DNA of 64,000 nt from positions 44,332,001-44,396,000 of the forward strand of contig NW_024704742.1 in NCBI RefSeq assembly GCF_018977255.1, in the 5' to 3' direction. Under the pieces are notes generated by a model. The model searched no databases. It saw only the letters and a list, made by a program, of their open reading frames with translations, and had not been told where the DNA came from. This document shows, piece after piece, positions 26,896 to 39,170 of this stretch (within the stretch, counting starts at the first letter, position 1; the number at the start of each line of letters is the position of its first letter). A program made the translations under genes and the position numbers. Source of the DNA: Callorhinchus milii (lineage: Eukaryota).

Positions 26896-27345
26896 GGAGT
26901 TCTGTAGCATATTGGTTAGAACACTCTCCTCACAAGCAAGAGGACCCAGGTTCGATTCCTGGGCAGTGTGAAACTATCAGCAAATGTTTTTATTCCACAT
27001 GCCTCTGATTACCTATCAGTAAATAGGAACGTGGCTGTTAGTCAATTGGTGGATTGATTTCTGGCGGTACTAATCCCTCCACCCCAAAAAATAATAATTT
27101 GGTCACTCAATCTGCAACTGTTTGTGGAACACTGCTGTTCACAATTGGCTTTCATGTTTTCCTACAAAATATGCAGTCAATTTACTTAACAGTATATTCT
27201 AGGTCTCAATGACACAATAAGGTGCTCTATCAAACAACAACAACAACAAAATTCCATTTATAAAGCGCCTTTCACGTCAGGAGGACGTCCCAAGGCGCTG
27301 CACAGTTGGGTCAGGACCCGAGCAAGCGCAAGGATTATTATTATT
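26896..27345 (+). mobile_element. Full-length tRNA-derived SINE (long variant) with an antisense L2 tail inserted at 27233-27326
   Basis: tRNA-like head ggagttctgtagc..ggttcgattcc, extra internal segment, (ATT)n tail split by (CAA)n-aattccatttataaagcgcc..gacccgagcaag. Confidence 0.88.
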
Positions 27346-27854
27346 GTGTGGTGAATCAGCAGTTAATTTGGAGGATTTTCAGTTAAGATATTGGGAGAAA
27401 ATGCATCTCTTTTGAAATAGTTGTATGGGACCTATAACCTGCATTTGAATAGCCAGCCGAGTTCTTGGTTTGATATCTCATCCAAAAGCGTATCTCACTC
27501 GATTGTCAGTCTACATTATATACTCAATTACAGAATTTATTAACATAGAATTTATTCTAAACAACACAAAGTTGTACAGATGTTGTGAGAAATACTCTTT
27601 CAGACCTTCCCAAGATTTCTAATTGAAAAATGTACTTTCATATTTTGTATTTATTAACTTCCCGTTTAGTATGTATGGTGCATAATGTATTAAAATAAAA
27701 CACTTGATTTTCGTATTATCAAATTTAGTTTCAATAGCGATTATTGGGAGCACAAAGGAGAAAAGGAAGGTTTATTGGGTGTTGACACTTACACTTAGAG
27801 AATGTTAAATTACATGGATCGTGAATGGATTGGTGAGCAAAATAGTCGGGTTGA

Positions 27855-28850
27855 TATTAGCTAAGTTTAGCTGGTAGCACTCTCACCTCTGAGTCAAAGG
27901 TTGTGGGTTCAAGCCTCACATCGACTCTAGTTTATAGTGTAGGAAAACAGTATAGTCTGGTACAGTACTACTGCATTGTTGGAGGCATCATCCTTCAGGT
28001 GCGATGTTGAACTAAGGTCATTCAGAACTCTGCAGCTCGTGTACGTCATTCAGAACTCTGCAGCTCGTGTACTGTCCCGCACCAGGCTTCGGGACCACAT
28101 CACTCCTACCCTCGCTCGCCTCCACTGGCTCCCCATCCCCCAGAGGATTGATTTCAAGATCCTCATCCTCACCTACAAGGCCATTCACGGCCTTGCACCC
28201 TCCTACCTCTCCAACTTACTATCCCCCTACCTACCTGCCCGTACCCTCTGTTCCTCTAGCTCCGGTCTGCTCCACGTCCCCCGCCCCAATCGCCCTACCA
28301 TTGGTGGTCGGGCCTTCAGCCTCTCAGCCCCGAGGCTCTGGAACTCTATCCCCCAGTGCCTTCGCCGCCTCCTCCCTTTCCTCCTTCAAGGCCGGTCTCA
28401 AAACCTTTCTCTTTGACCGAGCCTTCAGCTCCCCTCTCGACTCTCTTCCCCCTCCTCGCTCCCTCCCATCCCTCCCCTCACTCTGACCATTTCCCCCCTC
28501 CTCGCTCCCTCCCCTCCCCTCACCCTGACCATTTCCCCCCTCCTCGCTCCCTCCCCTCCCCTCACCCTGACCATTTCCCCCCTGCTCGGGTCATGACCCA
28601 ACTGTGCAGCGCCTTGGGACGTCCTCCTGACGTGAAAGGCGCTTTATAAATGGAATATTGTTGTTGTTGTAAGGTTCTGTTTACCTGTTAAGATGAATGA
28701 TAAAGATCACATGATGCTATTTGAATAGAGGATGGAGTTTCACCTGGTGTCCTGACCAACAATCCTCCAGATGAATTGGTCATGACTGTTCGTGGGACTT
28801 TGCTGTGCTCAAGAAGACTGCTGTGTATGCCTATAACAGCAGTCACTATA
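27855..28850 (+). mobile_element. Deu-type SINE split by a young L2 insertion
   Basis: SINE head 27855-28016 resumes at ~28670 (aaagatcacatgatgctatttgaa..gtgggactttgctgtgc); taaggt on both sides of the L2. Confidence 0.8.
28017..28670 (+). mobile_element. Young 5'-truncated L2 LINE
   Basis: Open [60 protein letters not shown], intact stem-loop, (TTG)n tail, CpGs retained. Confidence 0.95.
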
Positions 28851-31354
28851 TAGGCAGATGAGTTGAGCACAATTGAGGAAACAAGAAATATATAATTATT
28901 ATTACTGTAATAATATTGATTATTTGTGTGCAGCAGCTTTTTCCTCCAACTGGAGGATTCCCTTCACCATCTTGAAAAAAGTACTCACAGGGAATTAAAG
29001 TGTAAATCTCTCAAAACCGTACGTATGATCTTGGGCTTGATTCATTACCATGTTAAGTATTATTAGAATATAAATAACAGTGTTGGCCTCACAACCTAAT
29101 TACTCAGTGCTTGTAGCTTCAGTTCCTTCCCTGACCTGCCAAATGCCAACAGCCTCTGATGACAGTCATTAGGGGCAACAGAAGGAACTTAAAGTGTATT
29201 TATAATATAATATTTACAGTATTAATGAGTAATGGTGCTAGAAAAAAAATATTTGTCCCAGAATAACAGATTAAAGAATAAGATGTTCATATTGAGAACT
29301 TTAACTAAAGTTGTTCTGAGACTGTGGATTACAGGTGAAAGAGGTTCTTGTCTCTATGGATCAATCAGTTATGTAAATCAGCTATATTTGGATAACAATA
29401 AATCTGGTTAATGGCTTGCAAGCAAGTGTCAGTCTAGATTTGAGGACAAAATGATTTTATTCTTATTAGCACTCAATGATGCTCAACACAGAGTACAAGT
29501 GGCCAACTAGACATTGTTTCTGAATGGATCTAGGGACAACACTGAGAGTGACTGTGATGCAGAACTGACTGAGAGTGACTCTGGGAGCAGAAGGATAGAC
29601 TTCATTGCTATTTGTTTCTGACTATCTATAGTTGGAACTTGAGTCTAAATTGGCTCGCTACATAAAATATGCTACTCTGGCAGGTCACTGTGATATACAC
29701 ACGTTTCTGGTTCGAAGTTCTTTTAAGTATATTTTATGAATAATTCATAACAGTAACATTTAAACTATATTAATTTTTGCCTCAAAAGCAAATCTAAACA
29801 AACAAAATAGAAAAACATTTTTGAAATAAATATTAAATTGAATGGTTTTATGTGTGAGAGTAAGATGGTTTATGTATAAATTACTACACAATGGTTAGAC
29901 ACTACACAACTCAAGCATAATAATCTGTTTGTGAACCTAAATAAACAAAAACGGTGCTCATTGTTTTTTGCCTAATTTTATTGATTTGACGTAATTATTT
30001 TAAATTGATGGGGGGTTTTGCATTAATATCAGTGACTTGGAATGCACAGTAATTTCTCCTCTCACCAAAATGATGTGCTTCCCTGAACAGGACAAGAAGT
30101 CTCTGAGATTTCTGATTATTATATCAGAATAATGTTTTCAGAATTCAAGAGCGGGAAGTTGGACTGAAGTGCAAAACAATCAGGTCAACCCTCTCCTTTG
30201 AAACCTCTTCCTTATTTACTGCTAGTGTTCTAGGTCATTTTTCCCTTTCACAATGTAAACAATGGAGGCTTGGCATTAGCATACTGCATTAGTATGCTTA
30301 CTCCAGCATCTCAATATTAAATGGCATCTTCTTGCACCACATACGCTCACAGCAAACAGTGCTGAGATTATGCTGTGGCTAGGCAAAATCTTATCCTGAT
30401 GAAACTAAAATAGCTCGTAATATTTAGCAGCACAACATGTCCTGAGCCCTGATAGTCATGGGTCCGTGCAGAATTAAAAGCAGTAATTTGAAAATAACCT
30501 TAACCCCTTGAGGGCTGCAGAAACATTTATTTCCTCACAAATTTAAATATAACCAAGCTGCAATTTGGGTTTTATTTTATTTTGGAAAATATGAAGAAAT
30601 AAAAAGCATTACATGGATATGGGTAAATCCTCTAAAATTCAGCTTTAAAATTGTTGTATGAATTTATATCTGTAGGTCCTATATGTGAGCATTACGAAAA
30701 GTCTTTACATAATCAAAAAGCTCTGCTTCACCCATTATTTCTGAATCATCCGAAAAAAGATCACTGCAGAACAGTAGCAAGCCTGCAGGATGTGCCATTG
30801 GTGCAACGGAGCAAATCCCTAGGAACTCATGACTCTGATGATCTTGGATACAAGGACAGTGTAATTTATACTTGAGAATTTAAGCACGCTTGTTCCTAAA
30901 TGCATTTAAATGCAAATGACTGTACCAGCAGCAGTGAAAAAAAGGCAACAATTTTCCCTATTTATATGACAAATTTACCAAATTGGTTCTTATAAATTAC
31001 TGCAGCTTTAACTTTGAAGTAAAAACCATGTGTTTTTCATAATGTACCTCACTCAGCTATCATCAGTGCATTTGTAAAGTAGTGCATAATTGCTGGAGGC
31101 AGCTAAAACCAAACATGGGGAGAATTGACCGCTAAGTTGATGGTCTACTGACCCACCTTTGATACCTATATCTGTATTACAGTCATTTTAAGTTAGTGAC
31201 ATTTTTTGGAGTCCTGCCATATTGTGATTGCTATTGCCAAGTAGAATCTTGGGGGCAGAAATTAAGTGTGTGATGTAATCACATCAACAGAAAATGTGGT
31301 CAAAGCGTACCTTTACATGAGTCCTGAACAATAGAGTTAGAAGTGAGTTTTTCA

Positions 31355-31465
31355 AACAGTGCAATGGGATGTCCACCTGAATATGTATACAGAACAAGCA
31401 GCCAGGACCTTGTTTAACATCTCAACTGAAAGATGGCACCTCAGACAATGTAGTGTGCCCCCAGG
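31355..31465 (-). mobile_element. Deu-type SINE core fragment
   Basis: gtttaacatctcaactgaaagatggcacctcagacaatgtag. Confidence 0.65.
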
Positions 31466-31887
31466 ATTTCCACTCTCAACCTTGTTATTAAGAATAGATT
31501 TTAAAGATGTGTTTTAACTGAATTTCTGTCAAGGTGATAATGATCACATCCCATACTGCCTTATTTGCCTGATTCAATTACTCTTGGTGATGGTACTCTT
31601 CCTGGCCATTGCTAATAGGACAGTTGCTCTCCGCGTGGTAGATCTGGGTCAAAATTATTCAATTCGGCCTTGTGTAATTTTTTTCTCTAGGGCATAACTG
31701 AATCTTTTTGATATGGCTGCTATAGGAACATAGGAATATACAGAAAAGCTTATTGTGGTCCTCTGGCTGAGAAGAAGAGGGAGAAAAAGATAATCTTTCA
31801 CTGCTTTTTCTTTCATACAACTCAATTAGTTCTGCGCAAAATAGCTGTCTAATTCCCTTTTGAATTTGAAGCTGCTGAAGAATAGCA

Positions 31888-32200
31888 AGAACCAGGAGGA
31901 GGCAGTAGTCTCCCAAAACACTTATTGGAAAATAATGAATTATTCAGCTCTGGCTGAAAGCCACTTGCTGATGAGATTCAGACTCAGCAAATAACTTCTG
32001 AATGTCCTTTGTGAAGAGTTGCAGCAAGGTACAATGTCCAACGTTTGGCTGCATATACATCTATGTTATAGTAGCTATTAAAATCTTACTATGAGGACGT
32101 CCCAGGTACCAGTTAAGGATTATGTAATGTCAATCAATCAAAACTGTTGAAGTAAAGAGAGCAGGTCACAGTTGCCTTGATCACATTCTTACATATATTT
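31888..32200 (+). pseudogene. Decayed PIF/Harbinger-type transposase N-terminal fragment
   Basis: RRR..MNYSALAESHLLMRFRLSK*LLNVLCEELQ, then frameshifted AIKIL..SQ..D.CNVNQS..QVTVAL, resembling the HARBI1-like N-terminus/HTH as remembered. Confidence 0.55.
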
Positions 32201-32249
32201 CGATATATTTTGATATTTCGTAGGTAACTGGAGGCTTTCGGCTCATTCC

Positions 32250-32556
32250 TGTTAACCCTGCAACCTAAAGCATGTTAGGTCAATCTTCGCTGGACAAGCA
32301 TGGGGAAACTTGCCAGTGCTTGGAATGGCAAGGACCCCACTGCACACTTTGAGATCCCCAAGACTTGCCACTTGTTAACTGCATCAAAACTCTTCAGGAT
32401 TTGATAAGGAAAGAGTGGGGGAAAGTGTTTGCACTCCATGATAGAAAAACAGAAATGTCTATACACACATGGAATGCTCAGTTTGGTTTAGATACTCTAA
32501 AGCTTAGTGATGAGTTTCCCCATGTGTCAGACACCTGGTTAACCAAATTAAACAAA
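32250..32556 (+). mobile_element. Family X repeat, copy 3 (both ends present)
   Basis: Starts tgttaaccctgcaa, ends tttccccatgtgtcagacacctggttaaccaaattaaacaaa; reverse complement of the 38583-38878 ends. Confidence 0.7.
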
Positions 32557-32882
32557 TATTTAGATGGGAAAAGAATACCTGTCAGGCAATATCTAAATAC
32601 AGTTCAGAATTTAAAAGATCAACCAATTTCTTATCACAGGTCAGGTTCTATTTTTCAGATCTGAATAATTGTTTGGATCAAAATTTTAAAGTGGTTGTTT
32701 TGAAAAATTGCACAAAATGCAACACTAATAATCAAAAATAAGAGTTAAATTTCTCTCTGGAAAGCTTCTGATGCTAAATCAGTGGCAATGGATAACATCC
32801 TCCAAACAATTGTGCATCAGTTGGACAAATGACGGAGAAGGTTGATTCAATGGTTAGCCTTAAGGAATGGGTGGACTTGTTT

Positions 32883-33086
32883 ATAATAATAATAATAATC
32901 CTTGCATTTGATATAGCGCTTTTCACGTCTTCTAGATGTCCCAAAGCGCTTCACAGAATATACTGTAAAGTAAATTGACTGTGTATTTGTGGCGAACTCG
33001 GCAACCAATTGCACACAGCAGTGTCCTACAAACAGTCGTGGATTTAAAATGACCAATTTATTATTGTTTTGTTTTGGAGGGATTAT
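32883..33086 (-). mobile_element. 5'-truncated tRNA-family SINE
   Basis: (AAT)n-ccttgcatttgatatagcgcttttcacgtc tail and core. Confidence 0.9.
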
Positions 33087-35442
33087 TGGAATATAAACAT
33101 TGGTAAGGACTATTTGGGCCAAGTGGCCTCTTTCTGTAGTGTACATTCTTTATGAATCTACTAATTCACTCTAGAAGTCTTTGCTCTGTCTTTTCCATCA
33201 GCAGACAAACTTAATACATTCAAACTCTTTGTAAAGCTTACAGAACCTGCCATCAACCAGACATCCTCCTCCCCTCAGTGAAGGAATGATGTCTCTCAGT
33301 GCTCCAGGGATGGCCAATAGCTAAAATATTACAAACCTGTTCGTGGCATCTCTATGGTTGAAGTGCCGTATGATTCATGCAGATTTTGTGAAGGGTCTTA
33401 GTTCTGAACATTCCCCTTGGAGTTCCATACCAAATAGCACTAGGTTACAAAACAACAACTTGCATTTATATAGTGCCCCTCATGAAGGGTAGCATCCCAG
33501 AGCACTTTACTAGGTTATTACTAGCAGCAGTGATTAATGGATAGTAAAGACAAACTGCTCATCCTACTCACAATCAAAAAGTAAAACACAATGATATACT
33601 TTTTCTAAAAAAGATTCTTATATACACATCATTCACCTTTGCTTTTCTTCTGAATTGAATACTAAATTCCTCTGGGTGGTTCAAATGGCATCTATTGTAG
33701 ACTGTGAGGCTAGGTTCTTCTGCCCTACCTTGTACTAAGGAAATCTTTGGAGCGTTTTTGCTATGTGAGCACCAGGGTAATGTGAGAGAGATATTTCAGT
33801 ATACAAGGACACATAGGTATAAAGGGCAATAACGTTGCCTTCAAAGTGAGAGCACTATGCTGTGGCCATCATGTGGATGAGAGGCTGCAAAATATGCAGA
33901 GATCCATCTCAGAGTTGAATGTCTGTATCTCCATGTACAAGATACCTACTTCCAAGACCTTGGCTTTGACCTAAGATTGCCTAAGATGGAGCAGAAATCT
34001 TGTGAGTTGGAGTGATGGATATGAAATGAAAACGAGCACAAACACGATTTACGTCACAAGGCACTTTTTCTGCAGGCAAGATGCTGGGAATACTTTTCTG
34101 ATAACTATGTTTTCAATGCTATTGTAAGAACGAATTTGTGAATCCCATTCTTGTAGAGCATTGACCTACAGTATACAAAACAGTCCTCAGCTTAAAACTG
34201 AATACACATGGGACAAATAGCTTTCCTGAGTTCCATTTCTCTTTGTGCATTAAATTGATTGTTTTGAGTAGTGTCTGCTTTCACGTTGCATTTTATCAAG
34301 GTTGCATTTTTTTTTCTTAGTTGCTGAACTCTAATTTGTGTGATGAAATCCAAGATTGGATTCACTGGGGACAATAATGTTTCTCTTTCATCTTGTTTAT
34401 CTTTTTTTGAACCTTTATTTGGAGAAATGTAGTTATCATTTGGAAAAATATGATCTGCTGTTGGAAACAATGGGAAGTACTTCCTGCCAAATATTCGACA
34501 TAGTCTAGTCTTTCCTCCTGAATAAGGGAGAGGGGAATTACAATCAATTTACTTTACAGCCTATTCTGTGAAGTGCTTTAAGACGTCTAGAAGACGTGAA
34601 AAGCGCTATATCAAATGCAAGGATTATTTATTGTACAATGGTATGAGAAGGAGTAAGGAATGGGTGGACTCATTTGGAGTATAAACATTGGTAAGGACTA
34701 CTTAGGACAAGTGGGCTCTTTCTGTAGTGTACATTCTTTATAAATCTATTAATTCACTTGTAGGAACTTTACAAGTTTGTGCTCTATCTTTTCCATCAGT
34801 AGATGAACTTATTAATACATTCAAGCTCTTTGTAAACCCCCTCAAAGTGAAAGATTTTATTTTATTGCAAGCAAACTACATAATAAATACAATTTACAAT
34901 AATATTTACATTTATATAGTACCTTTCAAGTCAGGAGAATGTCTCAAAGTGCTTAATGCTGCTGGCTGGGGGTGGGGAGGGGAAAGATAACCGAAAGCTC
35001 AGTCAAATAGGTATATCTCTAAATGAGGTGCAGCAATTATAATCACCTTCATGTGTTGGATAAAACATTTTTACAAGTTTTTAAATTGTGTAAGTTAATC
35101 TTTACAAATTTTGACATGGTTTCTTTCAAGCTGTGCAGTTTGCCTGATTCTGTATCTCTTGTGGGTTTTCCATTCCACTGCACACAAACAGCCCTACAGC
35201 TTCCAATAATGTGTTGAATCATTCCCGCTTTCGTTCCTGTTGTCTTTTGAAGGCATTCAGTTTAAAATCTTCATGTTGCATTTCATGATATCTGTTCTTT
35301 GAATTACTTTTGTATACAAATGTTAATTTAACATTATCTATTTAGATTTCAAGTTTAATAGTTGGATTGCTTTGTAGGCTTGTTTTGGGTTCGTCTATTT
35401 TATACTTTTTGCAGGTTCACTTTGAACTACATTATATTGGTC

Positions 35443-35568
<126 letters not shown>

Positions 35569-36870
35569 CTTCTCTCTCTTCTGAGAAGTAAATTATCTGA
35601 AAATCTTGCTTAGTTCAATAATTTATCTGCTGGGATTGTGATGCTTCCACTAATTAAAAACATTGCTATCAATTTCATCTATACAGTTGCCAGTAGTCAA
35701 TGTTTAATTGTTCCACAAATCCCAGTCCATGTGCAATACACTTCATTGCTCAATGAGACTGGTATATGGTTGCCACACAGAATATCAGTTACATTTGACA
35801 AACTGCATGTGGTAATGCTGCAAGTTATTTTGAATTACAGTAAACTATGAGATGGATATTTCACCCTGCTCCAAATGATAATAGCACTAGGCTGTGACAG
35901 ATTGTATTAAACAGATATGTATAGTCCTGTGGCATAATCACGTCTGGTATAAATATTCAGATGAGTAACAATTTCAAATACCAGCAACATTTCAAACTGA
36001 AAAATGAAACTTATCACAGAGTGTTTTATCTTTCTCATACCATAGATAGAGAAGTGCACATTTAGCCTCTAGCTCGCAGCTGCAAACAAACACAGACAGA
36101 TAAATCCGCACAATTTATAAAGTAGCTTTCTTGACATTTAAAAAAAGTTGTGGGTGATATTTTTTCCAGTCATAGTGAAACAGTTCAAAATGCTGAGGAA
36201 ATTATATTTCTGTTTCTTTTTCGTTGAATGACCTGTATTTTTTTTGCAATTGATGGATGCTTCACTGGCTCTATGGGATGATGCTTGCAGGCACTTATTC
36301 AATAATATTCTGAATTGCATATTTTTATGGACACTGCAGAATCTTGCACACATGTTAACAAATCTGAGGCAGAAATCTGAAGTTGCCAATATAGGGTTGA
36401 TTCAGACAAACCAGCTGGAATTGAGCTCATATCTCATAAGATGACTTTATGCTGGTTCAGAAAAAAAAACACTGCTCCGTTCCACCAGTTTTTTCCCCAA
36501 ATGGAAAATTCTTGTATTCTTACAATTTTTGTCTCTTCTCATAAGATTACCTTGGTGATACCATTAGGTTTTCAAATAAACTTGTCAGACTGCAGTAGAC
36601 TACAAGGTTCAGGTTGATGAGTAACAAATTCAGTACCAGGGACAGCAGCTTATATCTATGAAAAAGTTTCAAGTATTTGTATGAACAGTAGGTGACCTAA
36701 GTGGATTAGAACTGGTGCGACCAGTCATTTAAGTTAGATGCCTTGACAAAAGAGTTGAGGCTAGCTAAACATTTGAGTAGTGCAACTGGCTACAGATGAA
36801 ATTTAGTGCTGACAGAAGACAAGGAATTGGACATAACATTAAAACTTATTGTTTCTATATAAAATTTGGT

Positions 36871-37200
36871 GTGTCAGCTTGGCTCAGTTAATAGCACCAC
36901 CCTTACCTCTGAATCAGAAGGTTGTGGGTTCAAGTCCCACATTGAGACCTAGAATGCATATAGTGTAAGATGACACTCCAATTCAATACTGGAGGTGGGC
37001 TGCATTGTTGCAGATGAGAAATTAAACTGAGGCCCCATCTGCTTATTGAAGTAGATGTTAAAGATCCCATGGCACCATTCAAACAGAGAAGTTTCCAGTG
37101 TCCTGGCCAAAAATTCCCCAAATAAAACTGGTCATTCACTTAATGGCTGTTTGTGGAACATTGCTGTGTGCAACTTTATTGCTGTGTTCACCCACAAAAC
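36871..37200 (+). mobile_element. Deu-type SINE
   Basis: tgtcagcttggctcagtt..acctctgaatcagaaggttgtgggttcaagtccc head, aaagatcccatggcacc core. Confidence 0.88.
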
Positions 37201-37672
37201 ATTCCATTGCTGCACAAAATTGTTTTACCTTTGAGGTGTAATATCCCTTTAAAGTCCACATATCATCTGGAAATTCTGGCTTGCCAGTAAAATTTCTCTT
37301 TATAAAAGTTTGTTACTATCTGATGAGATTGCAACTAAGAAAGGAACTACCTGAGTAATATTGAACTTTTCAAAGGGAAATTCAATTCTATCATTTTCTG
37401 AAAGGAAATATAATTTTGAGCAGTGTCAATAGTGAGCTCTTCATAAACCCCATTTTCAATTTTAAGTACTAAAGTGATTTTCCAAAATATACATACCTTT
37501 TCTGATAAGATATGCAAAATAATGTGGCATGTTTTGTAAGATGAATATTATAATTAAAGATGAAAGAAATGTATGGGAGCAAAAAAGTTCAAATTTCTCG
37601 TAACATTGCATTAAACTTATCTTTTTATTTGAAGCATAAATGAGGCTGTAATCTTCAAAAGTATATTCTGTT

Positions 37673-38103
37673 TGTCAACTTGGCTTAAGGGGTTGGACTC
37701 TCGCCTCTGAGTCAGAAGGTTGTGGGTTCAAGACCCACATCAACACTGTTGAGCTCACAGTCTAGGCTGACACTGCAATGCAGTGGTGGAGGAGCATTGC
37801 ATTGTCAGAAATGCCATCCTCAGGATGCGATGTTAAAACTGCCTGCCTGTTTAGGTGGATATTAAAGATCCCATGATATTATTCAAAAAGAAAAGGGAAT
37901 TTCTCCCAGTGCCCTTGCCAACAAGTCCCCAAATAAAATTGGTCATTCACTTCATGGCTGTTTATGGGATTTTGTGATGTGTTAATTGGCTGTTGTTTTC
38001 ACCTAAAAATGACACTGTCACTACACTCCAGTAGAACATGTGATGCACTTTGGGATGGCTCGATGATGTAATAAGGTTCTATGTCAACTGCAAGGATTAT
38101 TAT
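37673..38103 (+). mobile_element. Full-length Deu-type SINE
   Basis: Head, core and gcaaggattatt tail all present. Confidence 0.9.
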
Positions 38104-38254
38104 ATACTGGCACAGATGAGGTGGATGAAGAAAGGAGATTTCTAGTTTTCTAGTTTTGTTGGATCATTAATAGAAGAATTATTATTAATATCAATAGAGG
38201 TGGTAATGATGTTAATAGTAATAGTAATGAAAATAAGACTGAAGGAAGACATTG

Positions 38255-39170
38255 ATCCAAAATGCTGAATATACCATCAAGCATCAGAAACCACCACTGT
38301 CATCATGTCCAGGCCTAGCGCCATCGGAATACCTAAATCGATATCGATATACCAATGTAGCAAAATATATCCACTGGACAATCTGCAAACACTTTAACAT
38401 TGATGTAAAGACCAACTGGTATGAATATCAATCGTCAAAAGTGACATAAAAAAATAACACCACAATAATCATAACGGCATATAGATAGAACAGTAAACTG
38501 TAATAAACCAGATATTATCACAAAGAATAATTAGATTGTACATACATTATCATTGATGTACCCATTCCAAATGAATAGAATGGTTTTTTTGGGGGGAGGG
38601 GGTCAGCCAGATGTCGGACACATGCAGAAACCCATCACCGTGCTTTAGGGTATTCAAACCAAGCTGAGATTTCCATCCAGCTTACCTAATTCCGGACAGT
38701 TTTAGGCTCAGTTTGGCAAGAGCCAAGGCTTGGGCCCCAAAGTGTCCTTTTGGGGTACTGCTGGAGTCTAACCAACTAAAACCGCATAGCTTGCCGTTGA
38801 TATTGCTGTCCGATAAGCTTTCCAGCTAGGACCACCCTCCGCCCCACTCATTAGGGTTTTGGCTTGCAGGGTTAACACAATGTACAAAATAAGGAAATTA
38901 CAAAGATCAGGAAGTAAGTAGAATTACAAATTGAATGCAGACTCATGTGGCAGTACAAGATAAGCTTAAGATAAGTTCCTATAATCGTTGGTGCAACTGG
39001 GACTGTTAATAGGACAATTTAGAAATGGCTTGACAAGATACCATGTGCACAAAATGCCCACCTCCTGCAGAACCTATTGATTTGGGAAGTTCAAGTGTAC
39101 TAAGAAAAGCAACATCCTTTCAAGTGTAACCTGGCAGTTATTATTGGTCCTGCTGACCCATCACTGAAAA
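38255..39170 (+). mobile_element. Degenerate R4/Dong-clade non-LTR retrotransposon 3' end (restriction-like endonuclease domain)
   Basis: SSCPGLAPSEYLNR..NVAKYIHWTICK..NWYEY; DRTVNCNKPDII..IIIDVPIP; KEITKIRK*VELQIECRLMW; VPIIVGATGTV. Confidence 0.85.
38583..38878 (-). mobile_element. Family X repeat, copy 4, inserted in the R4/Dong element
   Basis: Poly(T) at left, ttgcagggttaaca at right, aatg on both flanks; host reading frame resumes across it. Confidence 0.75.

Noticed and set aside
28356..28649. Proline-rich repeat protein or CRISPR-like array
   Set aside because: Head-to-tail 42-bp units without spacers inside an L2 3' UTR
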